NCBI GenBank assembly: GCA_951406725.2
Contig: OX597820.1
Coordinates: 118,730,001 to 118,794,000, forward strand
Direction of reading: 5' to 3'
DNA length: 64,000 bases
Source of the DNA: Octopus vulgaris
Lineage: Eukaryota
Of the stretch, positions 40,100-52,888 are shown piece by piece. Numbering within the stretch: the stretch's first letter is position 1; the number at the start of each line of letters is the position of its first letter. Below the pieces are notes generated by a model. It had not been told where the DNA came from. It ran no database searches and saw nothing but the letters and a program-made list of their open reading frames with translations. The position numbers and the translations under genes are program-made.

Positions 40100-41216
40100 A
40101 TGTAAGATAAAATTGTTTCGAAAAAAAATTCTATCAATGGTCAGCATATTAAAAAATACCTTTAACGGTTAAAATTATAAACAACTTGTAAATAAGGGCA
40201 AACGAAAAAATTTCTAATGCCAAATTTGCCGAAAATTGGACATATTGTCTATTACCATTTAATTTATCACAAAACGCAATATTTTCTTTTGCCCTAATTT
40301 ACAAGTTGTTTATGTAATATAATTTTTGTGAATCTTCTGATTTTTCAATATGCTAGGCCACTGGTTTTAAATTGATATTAATCAAAATAATATTCCAATT
40401 TTTTGCCCTTATTATTTTAAATTTATATACATATATACATATATATATTTGCATGTGTATGTATGAATGCGTATGTGTGTACATACTTCTTGCAGTATGT
40501 GGGCTTGAACTTGCTATACATAAATAAAGATAAACTATTTTCTACCTGTAACTATTACCACAATTTGGGCACATACTCATTAATGCATATATATGATATA
40601 TATATATATATATCTATCTATATATATATATTTATTTATATATATCTATATATATATATTTATTTATATATGTTGTGTGTATATGCATATGCATATAGAT
40701 TCATACAAACAGACACACACACATATATATATATATGTATTTATGTATGTATACATATATATTTATACACACACTTACATACATATACATATGTATATGC
40801 ATTGGGATGTAGGTGGAGAGAGAGAAGTGATAAAAATTACTAAATGGTTGAAAATGAAATTATTTTTGCGTATAAATTTTCCATGTAACAGTGAACTTTA
40901 AAACAATGTTTGAAGTCGAATATGTATGAATACCATCATATGGTTAATTGCACATATAACAAGCAACATATTGAAGATAAATTCTTTCTTTATTTATCAT
41001 AGCAATTAAACTCTGTAAGTTGAGGTGAGTACAAGCATGTAGTAATATTATTCCTTGTATATTTGTTCTTTTGTGAATAAATCAGTTTTCGAAGGAAATT
41101 CACACCGCACAAAAACAATTTAGCACGGAAATTAGAAACGACTGGAAACCTAATATATGTCAGTACAAACGATTCTTTATTCTCAATGAATAAGAATATG
41201 AAAATAAAAGCTTTAG

Positions 41217-41267
<51 letters not shown>

Positions 41268-41288
41268 GTATATATATATATTATATAT

Positions 41289-41321
<33 letters not shown>

Positions 41322-41532
41322 GTATGTATATATATATGTATACGTATATATGTACATATATATATACATATATATATGACATATGCTAACTAGAATATAT
41401 ATATATATGTCTGTCTGTCTATCTATTTATTTATTTATCTATCTATCTACATATATACATGCATACATAATATATACAAAACCTATTCACATATACTCTA
41501 ATATATAAAGTGGAAACTTTGAAGAGGATGAA

Positions 41533-41574
<42 letters not shown>

Positions 41575-42144
41575 TATATATGTATATATATATACACATA
41601 TATATATATATGTATGTATACACAAGCACACACACTCACGCACACATGGACACCCATACACACACACACGCACACACACACACAAACACACACATACACA
41701 TATATATATATATATATACATATATGAAATTATGTCTATTCATAAAGAGATATGTCGATAGAAGGAGAGAAGTCGCTATGTAGAAGGTATGGGAATAAAT
41801 TTAATTTACAACACTTAATTCACAGATAATGGAACGGAATATGGTTTAGACAAACCGAATGCCATGTCTGTCTTTATATTGCACAGTTTATGTTTTTGGA
41901 CACGTGACAATCTGTATATTAATATATCAACATCATAAAGGGGGGAGAGCAAAAATTATTCGAGAAATGAGTAAGCTGGATATATTTGAAACTAATTATA
42001 TATATATAGTAAGGGTGACCACGTAGTGGATTCTCTCTCATATTTATGTACATACACACACATATATATATGTATGTATATACACACATATATATTTATA
42101 TATGTATATATGTATGTATAAATATAAACACACACACACATATG

Positions 42145-42183
<39 letters not shown>

Positions 42184-42353
42184 GTATACATGTGTGTGTA
42201 TGTGTGTGTGTGTGCATGTGTTTGTGTATATAAAATCATTGGTAGTGACATTAAATGGACAGCTTTTAGTGGAAATAACCGCTACACGTTGATCAACTAT
42301 GAAAATTATGAAATACACAGTATTACAAAAAATGTAGTTATTCGTGCTTTCAT

Positions 42354-42434
<81 letters not shown>

Positions 42435-42469
42435 CATATATATATACATATATATATGTGTATCATAAG

Positions 42470-42620
42470 TTGAAGACGGCAAGGATGACTTCCCTTCACA
42501 AATACTGATAAGGCACAGAAAGTGTGTCTATAGCCAGCTGGAGGAGGTGTCTTCCTGGGGCTACAAACTACAGTAGCGTCCACCCTTAGGGGTTAGCCAT
42601 ATTCAAATGGCAAATATACG

Positions 42621-42627
<7 letters not shown>
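42470..42627 (+). mobile_element. Diverged fragment of the 29.9-30.5 kb family in (TA)n
   Basis: GCACAGAAAGTGTGTCTATAGCCAGCTGGAG...CACCCTTAGGGGTTAGCCATATT matches 30285-30430. Confidence 0.7.
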
Positions 42628-42693
<66 letters not shown>

Positions 42694-42695
42694 TC

Positions 42696-42900
42696 ATGGC
42701 TCAGCTTCGCGAACGAAGATCAGGAAAGCTGTCCACGTCGCGTGCATGCACGCTCATGATTGACAAGTCCGATATGGGAAAGGCAGATCCACGAGCAGTG
42801 TCCACAGACGAAGGTAACATCCGCTGTGGTGTCAGAGGCGGCTCGCGCCTTCCTCCTGCGTCTCTTGTCTTTAAGTGCGTCTCTTCTTTGTTCCTCAAAC
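42696..42900 (-). mobile_element. RTE-clade LINE 3' end fragment
   Basis: FEEQRRDALKDKRRRRKARA...TFVCGHCSWICLSHIGLVNHERAC, the C-terminal CCHC finger typical of RTE/BovB-like ORFs. Confidence 0.8.
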
Positions 42901-42970
42901 TTATATATATATATAAGGAAAAAATTCAAGGTAGAAAATACTAAAATAATTTTATCACGAAACACATTTT

Positions 42971-43004
42971 AGTACCGGTTTCAGTCACTGAAACTTTTTC
43001 AACT
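42971..43004 (-). ncRNA. Degraded U3-A8 hammerhead-like motif (PLE terminal-repeat remnant)
   Basis: AG-UUGAAAA-AGU(UUCAGUG)ACU-GAAA-CCGG-UA-CU; same core and stem III as the autonomous PLE HHR but only a 2-bp stem I. Confidence 0.5.
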
Positions 43005-43726
43005 CTGATATGGAAAACAATTAATTTTTGTAAAAATTAAATCTGGGAAAAATGAAAAGAAAAGTTTTTTAGAAGTGAATTTGTATAGTGTTCAAATACA
43101 AGAGGTATCTTCCCTGTTTCTGCCTGTCTCTGTCTCTCTTCTTTACTCCTGTCGGTTTGAGGTCGTTGTGAATTCTTGGCAGAGATGAAGAAGTAGAGGA
43201 ATAAGAAGTTATAGTTGTAGTAGTAGTAGAAGAAAAAGAAGAAGAAGAAGAAGAAGAAGAAGGAAAAGAAGAAGAAGAAGAAGAAGAAGAAGAAGAAGAA
43301 GAAGAAAAGGAAGGAGACGAAGAAGAAAAAACGCGGGAGTAGTATGGTAAAGTTAGGATATTTTAATATTTGCGTGTTATTCTAAACAGCAGTAGAATAA
43401 GGAAGGGTGGCAGAGAGGAAGTGGAAGATGAAGAAGAAGAAGGAACTGAACCAGAAAACACGTGATTGGGAAGCAAATTCTCAACACACAGCCACACCTA
43501 TGCCTATATATACATACATAAATACATACGTACATGCATACATATATATATATATATATGATAATTATTATTTGCCAATTATATACGTTTTTTATTATTT
43601 TTTTGCAATTTACTTAATCATTGATATTTTATTGTTATTTTAATTTTAATATTTCTATTATATGTAATTTCTACATGGTGTAATTTAATTGTTCATTTTG
43701 AATTGATAAAAGGTGGTCTGTTTTCT

Positions 43727-43770
<44 letters not shown>

Positions 43771-43883
43771 GCCCCAACGTGACCTTAAACATTAATTTAT
43801 CTCTTTTGCGAAACTCACGTGGTTCAGAAATCATCTAACCTGTAACTACATTCAATGCTATTTTAATATATTAATCTGATCAA

Positions 43884-44097
43884 GGCGGCCAACTGGCAGA
43901 AACGTCAGCACACCGGGCGAAATGCTTAGCAGTATTTCGTTTTCCGTTACGTTGTGAGTTCAAATTCCGCCGAGGTCGACTTTGCCTTTCATCTTTTCGG
44001 GGTCGATAAATTTAGTGCCAGTTGCGTACTGAGATCGCTCTAATCACCTGGCCCCCACTCCCCCAAAGTTTCGGGCCTTGTACCTGGAATAGAAAAG
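43884..44097 (+). mobile_element. SINE family B with alternative tail and 19-bp TSD
   Basis: AATATATTAATCTGATCAA at 43865-43883 and 44098-44116. Confidence 0.85.
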
Positions 44098-44552
44098 AAT
44101 ATATTAATCTGATCAACATTATAATCATATCAACCTTCCATATGTGTTCCCGCCCGTTTTTCATATCAGATCGTTTCTACCAAACACCAAAATGTATATC
44201 TAAATTGAATTTCCAGTTTCACTTATAATCAAATGGTATTTTACATTTTGATATAAATACAATCACAGAAGTTATAACCAATATGGACCACTAGATTTAT
44301 ATAATACAAGGCATTTTCCATACTATGCATGGACAGAAATTATGTTTGTATAGTTAAATGTTAGGCACATAATGTAAGTAAAAATGTTCTTCATAAACAA
44401 CCTTACACAATAATTATATATTGTAAATTATTATAAAGATAAATTTCCTTACGCAAACTTATCATGGGAAGTCTTTTTGTATTCAATGAATGTTATAGCA
44501 TCAGGTTATTAACAATGATCCTTTTTTCTGTCATTTCGTTTAACCTTCCATA

Positions 44553-44917
44553 TCTTTATATATAAAAGTGAGGTTGTGTGCTGTCTGTCTCCTATGATTT
44601 AGATTCCTAACTACTCCCACATTTTGCGGTGCAGTTTAACCAAAACCGGGTATCTTATAGTCGTGATTCATATCGAGCCCTTCTGGTTATTAATGCGCGT
44701 CTACGATGAGTCAACGATTTAAAAAAAAAAATTTACCATCAATTTTTCCCATTTTTAATGCATTTTTGGCATATATAAGGGAAGTAACTCTCTAAAAATT
44801 TATTATTAAATCTTTGTGGTTAGCCATATTGAGATGGCTATTATACTTTACATCTCTAAAAATGCTTATATAGTTATTTCCCTTACAAACCCGAGCAACG
44901 CCGGGTGACACTGCTAG
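44553..44917 (+). mobile_element. Non-autonomous Helitron
   Basis: A|TC...CCCGAGCAACGCCGGG..CTAG|T; homologous to 18149-18551. Confidence 0.85.
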
Positions 44918-45689
44918 TGGATAATATAAGTGATCCTTCTGACTATCCTCCTTCATATCAAACATTGCTTTACTTAGAATAAGTATCTTGAATGAATGTG
45001 GCCTGTAGACGTTTTGGAAGCAGAGCATCTCCTGTTCAATGACTTCAGTACACTAAAAATGTGGTGGCCATGAGAAAGTGAAGAATTTACTAACAGCAGC
45101 GTTCACACGCACACTAGACGTCGACGGAAATTCAGTTCAGTCTTGCGCTTATGGGACGGGCCTGGTTATCAGCAAAGTTCATTTTGGAGATTGCCCCTCC
45201 GCTACCTTTATAAGAAAAAAACAACATACAGTAGTTTTCTTTCTCGTGGCAACGACAGAGAAGGATATGTGGTTGACAAGATTGAATGGGGTGAAGACAG
45301 ACACTTTCCTGTTGGACCAAGCCGTCATCGATTTTTGTTTTCAGATGGTGAGGAAATTGAAGGAGGGGAGAGAACTTAAGACAAGACTGGTGACCGAAAC
45401 CAAGTGAAAGAACTTGATTTCATTGTGAGTTGGTGTGATAGCCAAGTGTTGACCTGAGGGATTTCCACATATAAGTTGTGGACTTTCCTTCTTTAAAACT
45501 TAATTCCCCCTACGTTTTTGTTTATATTTTGTTTACACAAAGAAATCCTCTCTGTTTTTTTTTTTGAAACCTGTTCTTATAATTCCTATGGTATTGGTTC
45601 ATTCTTGCTCTCATTATTTTCCAGGCTTTTAATGCTGGGTTCAATTATCACCGACTTCAATTTTTCTCCACTTGTGCGAAATCATATTT

Positions 45690-46310
45690 TTGATTGGCAT
45701 TTCATATCAAGTGCAGTGAAGCCATTAACACCTGAAGAAATGCGGGAAGCGATGGCGGGTAGCACGATGGTGAAATCGCTCGGGCTGAATGGGTTGCCGA
45801 ACGAGACTTATATTCAAACTATATGTTCGGATCTCTTAGCAAATATCTGCTGCAACTCACAGCAGAACAGAATTCCAAGTCCTGCGAAAAGTGTTGTGGT
45901 GTTGCTCGAAAAGTGTTGTAGTGATGCACTTGAAAGCGGATTCGGACAAAGAGGGGAAAAAATTAACAGTTTCAGGTCCGTAAATTTTCTAAATGCATTG
46001 GAAGGTTTCCACATAAATGTTAACTACGAGTTTGGAGCATTGCCATCGAAACTCTGGTAGGCGAGGCACAGACATGCGCCATACTGATCAGATCTCTTCC
46101 CTAGACTCTATCTCCCATCGTATATTATAGAAAGAGTGGATGGTGAATGTGGCACAGGTGGAGCGTTGATCAATTTAGATCAATCAAAAGCTTCCGATGA
46201 AATCGATCAGTAATGCATGGCGGTTGTCTCGAAAGGCTCTTGGTTTCGACCCTGTCTTCAGAAGTTGGATCACTGTATTGTGCAATGATATTTGCCTCAT
46301 GGGGTCAGGA
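45690..46310 (+). mobile_element. Decayed L1/Tx1-like LINE RT fragment
   Basis: PLTPEEMREAM...KSLGLNGLPNETY, INSFRSVNFLN, ALINLDQSKASDEID (degenerate K-SPG-DG, RPI-LLN and LD..KAFD motifs). Confidence 0.6.
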
Positions 46311-47264
46311 TAATCGCCTCTTCTCCATCGCAGCCAATCGGTAGCATGGGTTCAGTACAGCTCACATTAAAGAACTACACGCGCCTAAACACAAGTATAT
46401 ATTAAGTACTACTTATGAAAAGTTAAACTAGACGCATGACGCATGCACACATAATCAAGCTAAAATGCTAACACAGCCCGAAATCTAACGGAACAAACAT
46501 TTAAAGACTAGATGCACCTCAGACACACACACACGCAAAAATATTACACCCATATTGTCTCCATTCACCAGTTCTTTATTTGGAAGCATTTTTCTTTTCT
46601 TTTCACATTGCAATATAATGTAAGTTTTAGTGCCGTACTTGGACAATTTTGGTCATCCTCGCAATTTTCCCTAGTTTTTTTCTCTGCTTTTACTGCCTAC
46701 TCCTCTTCCACTTCCTCCTCCTCTTCCTCCTCCTCCTCCCCCTCCTCCTCCTCCCCTCCTCCCCCTCCCCTCCTCCTCCTCCCCTTCTCCTCCTCCTCCT
46801 CCTCCTCCTCCTCTATTCTATTTCTCTGTATTCTAGTGCAGATTTATATACGAATCGTTAAGTCATTAGTTTGTCTATTTTCTGGATAGGAAACTGACAA
46901 AAAAAAAAAAAAAAATAAATAATAATAATAATAATTAAAATTTGTCATACGTTTATAATGGTTTGCATATTTTACCTGCATACAAAAAAGCAGTGGGGAG
47001 TGACATTAAAACAACGGGCTGCTTACCTTTACAGCTCGATGATGTTAGCACACTGAAACTTACATGTCACTCGAACCCATCTAGTATAAGTTTAATAAAC
47101 ACTCGAAGAAAATAACCACTTACTCAAAGAAAAGTACCGACTGATTCTTCCAATTAATTGATTTTAAATTGTTTCTGTTATAAGTTTACCTAAAAGACAA
47201 GCATTAAAATATATTCCGCGAAATATCAATGCGCATATATACATACATGCAAGCATACAAGCAT

Positions 47265-47308
<44 letters not shown>

Positions 47309-47754
47309 GAGAGAGAATGAGTGAGCGAGAGAGAGAGAGAGGTGACAGGGAGAGAGAAGTGAGAGATCGAACGTGAAATATAGATACGGATATTATAAAT
47401 AAAGCCATATGCTTGTGTGTTCATAAACGTATTACGTAAATGTTTAAATTGCTCTGATCGAGACAGTTAATAAATGCATAGATCTTAATTTCTACAGACA
47501 CACATTCACTTACATAATTACACATATATTTTCTGTGTGTATATTGTTTGAAATTCAAATTAGACGGAAATCAGGTACAGCCACATCTAGATTTATACAA
47601 ATACAACCATTTGTCTGGTCTAATTGTAGTTATTTGTTTCCGTACATCTCAGAAAATATTTCGCAATCCAATCAGTTAACACGTAAATACACACATACAC
47701 CTAAGTACTGACTTGCTTATACACAAACATACATACATACATGCATACACGTAC

Positions 47755-48017
47755 ATAGATACATACATGCATGTGTGTGGTGTGTGTGTGTGTGTGTGTG
47801 TTTATATACACGCACGATCATATGTGTATAATTGCATACGCACCCACGTACACCACACAGACATACATACATGCATACACGTATAAATTACATACATACA
47901 TAGATACATACATGCATGTGTGTGGTGTGTGTGTGTGTGTGTGTGTTTATATACACGCACGATCATATATGTATAATTGTATACGCACCCACGTACCCCA
48001 CACAGACATACATACAT
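47755..48017. repeat. Tandem duplication, ~140-bp unit
   Basis: CATAGATACATACATGCATGTGTGTGG...CACGCACGATCATA...CACCCACGTAC..CACACAGACATAC occurs twice. Confidence 0.85.
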
Positions 48018-48472
48018 CAAATATAACGCTCAGCTTAATGGCGTTGTATACTTCCCCGTGATTTTGACGAACACTGATAAACTATGTAAGAGTGAGTGCC
48101 GAAATCTTTAATATAATAAGATAGCTGAATTATAAGAAAAATACACACACACACACACATGCATACGTACATAAATGTATGTATAACTACTTGTGTGAAT
48201 GTGGGGGGTTTGTATGTGTATGTATATAAGTGTATCTGTGTTTGGATGTGCGTATATTGTGATTACCTATAATATGGAGTGAAATAAATTTATCGTTCTC
48301 TTTTAGAATGCTGCGACCATCCTTTGGCAATCTTTTGCTATCACATTACGCAGTATTGCAGAATTACTAATGAAACTCCGTTGAGATTTCAACATAGAAC
48401 TGGAAATTCCGATAAGGTAATTATTGTTAAAATTGAACAATTTGCAAAGCACTTTCAAAATATCAATATACA

Positions 48473-48512
<40 letters not shown>

Positions 48513-48868
48513 CATACAAATACACAAATGCATAGGTCTGTGTGCATTTATGTATGTATGCGCTTATTTCTGAATGTATACATACGTATTCATTTATTTA
48601 TTTATGTAACTATCTACCTATCTATCACTCTCTGTCTGTGTGTCTGTCTACCATGTCTCTGTCCTATATGTATGTGTGTGTGTGAGCATATATATATATA
48701 TATATGTATATGTGCATGTATATATATGTGTGTCTATGTATCTATGTATGTGTGTATGTATATGTGTATATATATATATGTATGATATGTGTGTGTATGT
48801 ATGTATATACATATATATATACACATGTATCTGTACATGTAGAGAGGGAGAGAGAGGAGGAAAGAGGA

Positions 48869-48901
<33 letters not shown>

Positions 48902-50869
48902 CAAGTAAGTGATATTGCCAGTTAGACAGGGGTATAAAATATGAGAGAAACATATATGGTGATTTGTATTTATATCTGTATGTAGATAGTCAATACTCAG
49001 ATACCTGGAATATAATATTACAAGAAAAAATTAAAATAAACACTTCCAAATACATACATGCATATCTACATATACACAAATATGTATATATATATAGAGA
49101 GAGATATAGATATATGTATATGTGCGTGTATATATACATATACATATAATATACACACACACACGCATATATATATATATATATATATATACAGCGAAAG
49201 AAAAGGGGTGAGTGGAGAGGGACTGCGAGGGAGATAAAATGTGGTAGAATAAGGCATCGGTAGATATATGGGTATAGATATATATGTATCTTTCCTGAGA
49301 TATATTCATCATCATTGAAAATAAAATTACTTCTAGTTTGGTTAAATTTTTTTTGTATAGTTTTCAAGTTTTAAAATTTTCTAAAATATAATTTGATGTG
49401 ATTACAGATGAGAAAAAAAATTGGTATGGAAAATGATTTGAAAAATGTTGGAAAAAATATATGTGGTCTCTAAGAAATTGTAAAGTCCTGGAATAATCTT
49501 TACATAGCAATTATTATTGTCTGGTATTGCAGCAGCGCTATATCTCTATTTGTATTGTTTCTGCTTTTTTTGGGTTCTCTATTAACGTATTTCGTATTTA
49601 TTTTCTTGAATACTACGCCACAAGAATTGTCATTTATTAGAAACTACCAAGATGGTTCAGGTAATATTTCATACTTTCTTTTCCTCGGGATGTGTGTTTC
49701 AGATGGCTACAATCGATGCAACAAAAATAGAAAAACTAAAACGCAATTCTGAGAACGTTAGTTTAGGGTTTCTAGTTTTAAAATTCAATGTGTATCTTCA
49801 TGTATTTACTAGTGAAAGGTGGCTGTGATTTCGGGAGCTGGTTAGGTACGGAAATAGGGAGTATTTGTATTCTGTTGTCACCTCTGCCATGGGATTGTAG
49901 CCAAAGATTTTAAAAGATGATATTTCTGAACACATTGCTTGAAACATGTCTCATAACGAAATGTAGGAAGTAATGTTTCCGAAGGGACTGCACAGTTAAC
50001 CTCATCCTCTATGTAGAGGTGAATTTCCTTTGTTGCTACACCTGAAACGGCTCATGTTGCGCTTGTATCTTACCTTAAGTTCATTGTTTGTCATGCCCGT
50101 GTGATATCCTGTGGTACTATCTGATGGATAGCTTTATAAAGTACATCCTTTCAGACGTAGGATTCTTGTAAAGGACAGCTGGTAGGAATTTTACAGTTAT
50201 ATATTGTAGAGTAGAGTGGAGAGCGCATTTGGCTCTGCTGCAGCGTGCAACATTGGGAGCGATATTAAGCTGTGAATTACAGCGTTTATAGCTAATGCCT
50301 TTAGCGAAATGCCTTTTACCTGAAGGCACGAAGTTCCTAGTTATATTGGAAATCGGGATTCTATGGAGGATTAAACCAGAACACTTTTCCTTTATAACTC
50401 CCTTCATTTTCGGAGATGCAGCTGGGGATCCACCTTATAGAAAAACTGATCGGGAAAGCGACTCCTCATTCGTACTTCGATATTGTGGTGCAATGCCCTG
50501 TTGAGAGATTTGAGATCATTTCTGATGCTTGTGAATAGATTTCTCACTATAACTGGGCGCGCTGTCTGAAGGGTTCATACAGCTAAATTGTTTAGAAAAC
50601 CTCTGCCTGCCAGTGGTATCTTAGAGGTAAGTTCCTTTTAAGTAGGATATGTCCATCTTGCATTTTTCGAATCCATCTTCCCTGTCAGATTGTTCTAGTG
50701 AAATACACACGTATTGAGCACTGTCGGGTCTATCGATATAAGTTTATTCGTATGTCAGAGTTTAGATATATTTTTGTGTGTGTAGCAAAGACGTACATCA
50801 CATTATGCAGATGATACAAATTTCAGCCGTGTTTAATCTTTTTAAGCGCATCTTTCACTCATAATATCA

Positions 50870-51031
50870 GTTTCTTTACTGCCCACAAGGGGCTAAACAT
50901 AGAGGGGACAAACAAGGACAGACAAACGGATTAAGTCGATTACATCGACCCCAGTGCGTAACTGATACTTAATTTATCGACCCCGAAAGGATGAAAGGCA
51001 AAGTCGACCTTGGCGGAATTTGAACTCAGAA
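50870..51031 (-). mobile_element. SINE family B, 5'-truncated
   Basis: Matches the 184-bp unit. Confidence 0.85.
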
Positions 51032-51480
51032 GGCCGCCTTTTCAGTCATAATATCTTGACACGTCGCATCTTATCTCTGCCGTTTCTACGAGCATTGTTT
51101 ATTTTTGTCTTTTATTTGTTACCTTTTATTTGTATCAGTAATTAGACGATGGCTACTCTGGGGCACTACTCAGAACGGTTTAGTCGAACAAATTGACATC
51201 AGGATTTTTGTTTAAAAGTCTCTACTTATTATATGGGACCCTTTTTGATCACTATCAGTGAATCAATATGAACATGAAAATATTTATACTCTAATCTTGT
51301 AAGTATACATAAATGAAGAAATAATGAAAATAATTACATAAGCGTTGTATATGAAAGATGGATTTGAAACAGGTGTTTCGATAATCGATCATGAAGATCG
51401 GTATACGAAAGGCTACACAAATAAAATTAAGAGAAAATTCCCTTGTATAAAAGAAAAGGGGAATTAAAAGAAAAATTGAA

Positions 51481-51848
51481 GGCTCAGGAGTGGCTGTGTG
51501 GCAAGTAGCTTGCTTACCAACCACGTGGGTTCGTGTTCAGTCCCAATGTGTGGCACCGTGCGCAAGTGTCTTGTGAGTAGATTTGCTGGATGGAAACTGA
51601 AGGAAGCCTGTCATATATATATATATATATATATGTATGTACATGTTTGTGTGTCTGCGTTTGTCCCCTCAACATTTCTTGACAACCGATGCTGGTGTAT
51701 TTCCGTCCCCGTCACCTAGCGGTTCGGCAAGAGAGATCGATAGAACAAATAATAGGCTTACAAAGAATAAGTCCTGGGGTCGATTTGCTCGACTAAAGGC
51801 GGTGCTCCAGCATCGCCGCAATCAAATGACTGAAACAAATAAAAGAAT
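51481..51848 (+). mobile_element. SINE family A (internal deletion)
   Basis: GGCTCAGGAGTGGCTGTGTGG...AAAGGCGGTGCTCCAGCAT...AAATGACTGAAACAAATAAAAGA. Confidence 0.85.
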
Positions 51849-52039
51849 ATAATTAAAGATGGAAAATAATTATACAGAAGCCATTGAATTTGTGCAAGAG
51901 AAACAATGTGAAGATATAGAAATATATGGCAAAATGTTAGAATCGGTTGAAAAGATGACGACGAACTTTTATGTTTATTTTTTTATATTCTTGGCAAAAG
52001 GCCAGCAATTTTGGGGGAATGGGGATTTGCTTATTACAT

Positions 52040-52194
52040 CTTCCCACTGCATAACCGGTGCTTATTTGATCAACTTCGAGAGGATGAAAGGCAAAGTCGA
52101 CCTCGGCAGAATTCGAGCTCAGAATTTAAAGACAGTCAGAATGTTGCTAAGTATTCTTCCCCGGATTGCTAACGATTCTGCCAGCTCGTCGCCT
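52040..52194 (-). mobile_element. SINE family B, diverged
   Basis: AGGATGAAAGGCAAAGTCGACCTCGGC...TCTGCCAGCTCGTCGCC. Confidence 0.75.
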
Positions 52195-52850
52195 TAAATG
52201 ATCATGAGATATTGAGTGACCTGAGATGAGTTAGAAGCGTTTAGGTCCTGGGGTGGGGTAAATGGTTAGAAAGAAAGTCTGTGCTGCCTGCAACAACTTA
52301 AAAAGTTATATTTAATGATTATGAGTTTGTTTCATTTACCTTGCAAAGCAATCGGACTTGTTTCTTTCGAGAACTAAATATATTTGGGCAAACTTGTCGA
52401 AAATATTTTCTCTGGATGCTTCAATGAATTAGCATGCCTATAAAGAGCGCATTGAATTTATTTTCAGTTAATCTTTTGTAAGATTTATAAACAGTGTTAT
52501 TGTCTACTGGCTTTTTAGTACAATATCATAAAGCTTTCGAAAGTTAATGCCAGGAGAACAGTTATTTGGAGCAATGAAATTACTGGAGAGAGAAAGGCAG
52601 GACTATTGATGTGGTACAACGTTTTTGAACTGAAATAGTTAAATTAGCAACAAAATTTTTATAGCAAGAGAGCTAACTATAAAACAGTATCGATTTTTAA
52701 GCAATTCGATAACATTTTAAATAGTTCATTATTATTGATTTATATCTCTCCATAAGGAAAGCAATTCTGAAATCTTTAGCCTTCGATAATTCCATCGAGA
52801 TTATGAGAGAATACGATATGAAAATAACAATGCATACTCTACCCTCTCTC

Positions 52851-52888
<38 letters not shown>

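Noticed and set aside
49880-50860. Possible host exons (ORFs 50117, 50295)
   Set aside because: They look like heavily decayed non-LTR sequence with many stops; neither a clade nor a gene could be assigned.
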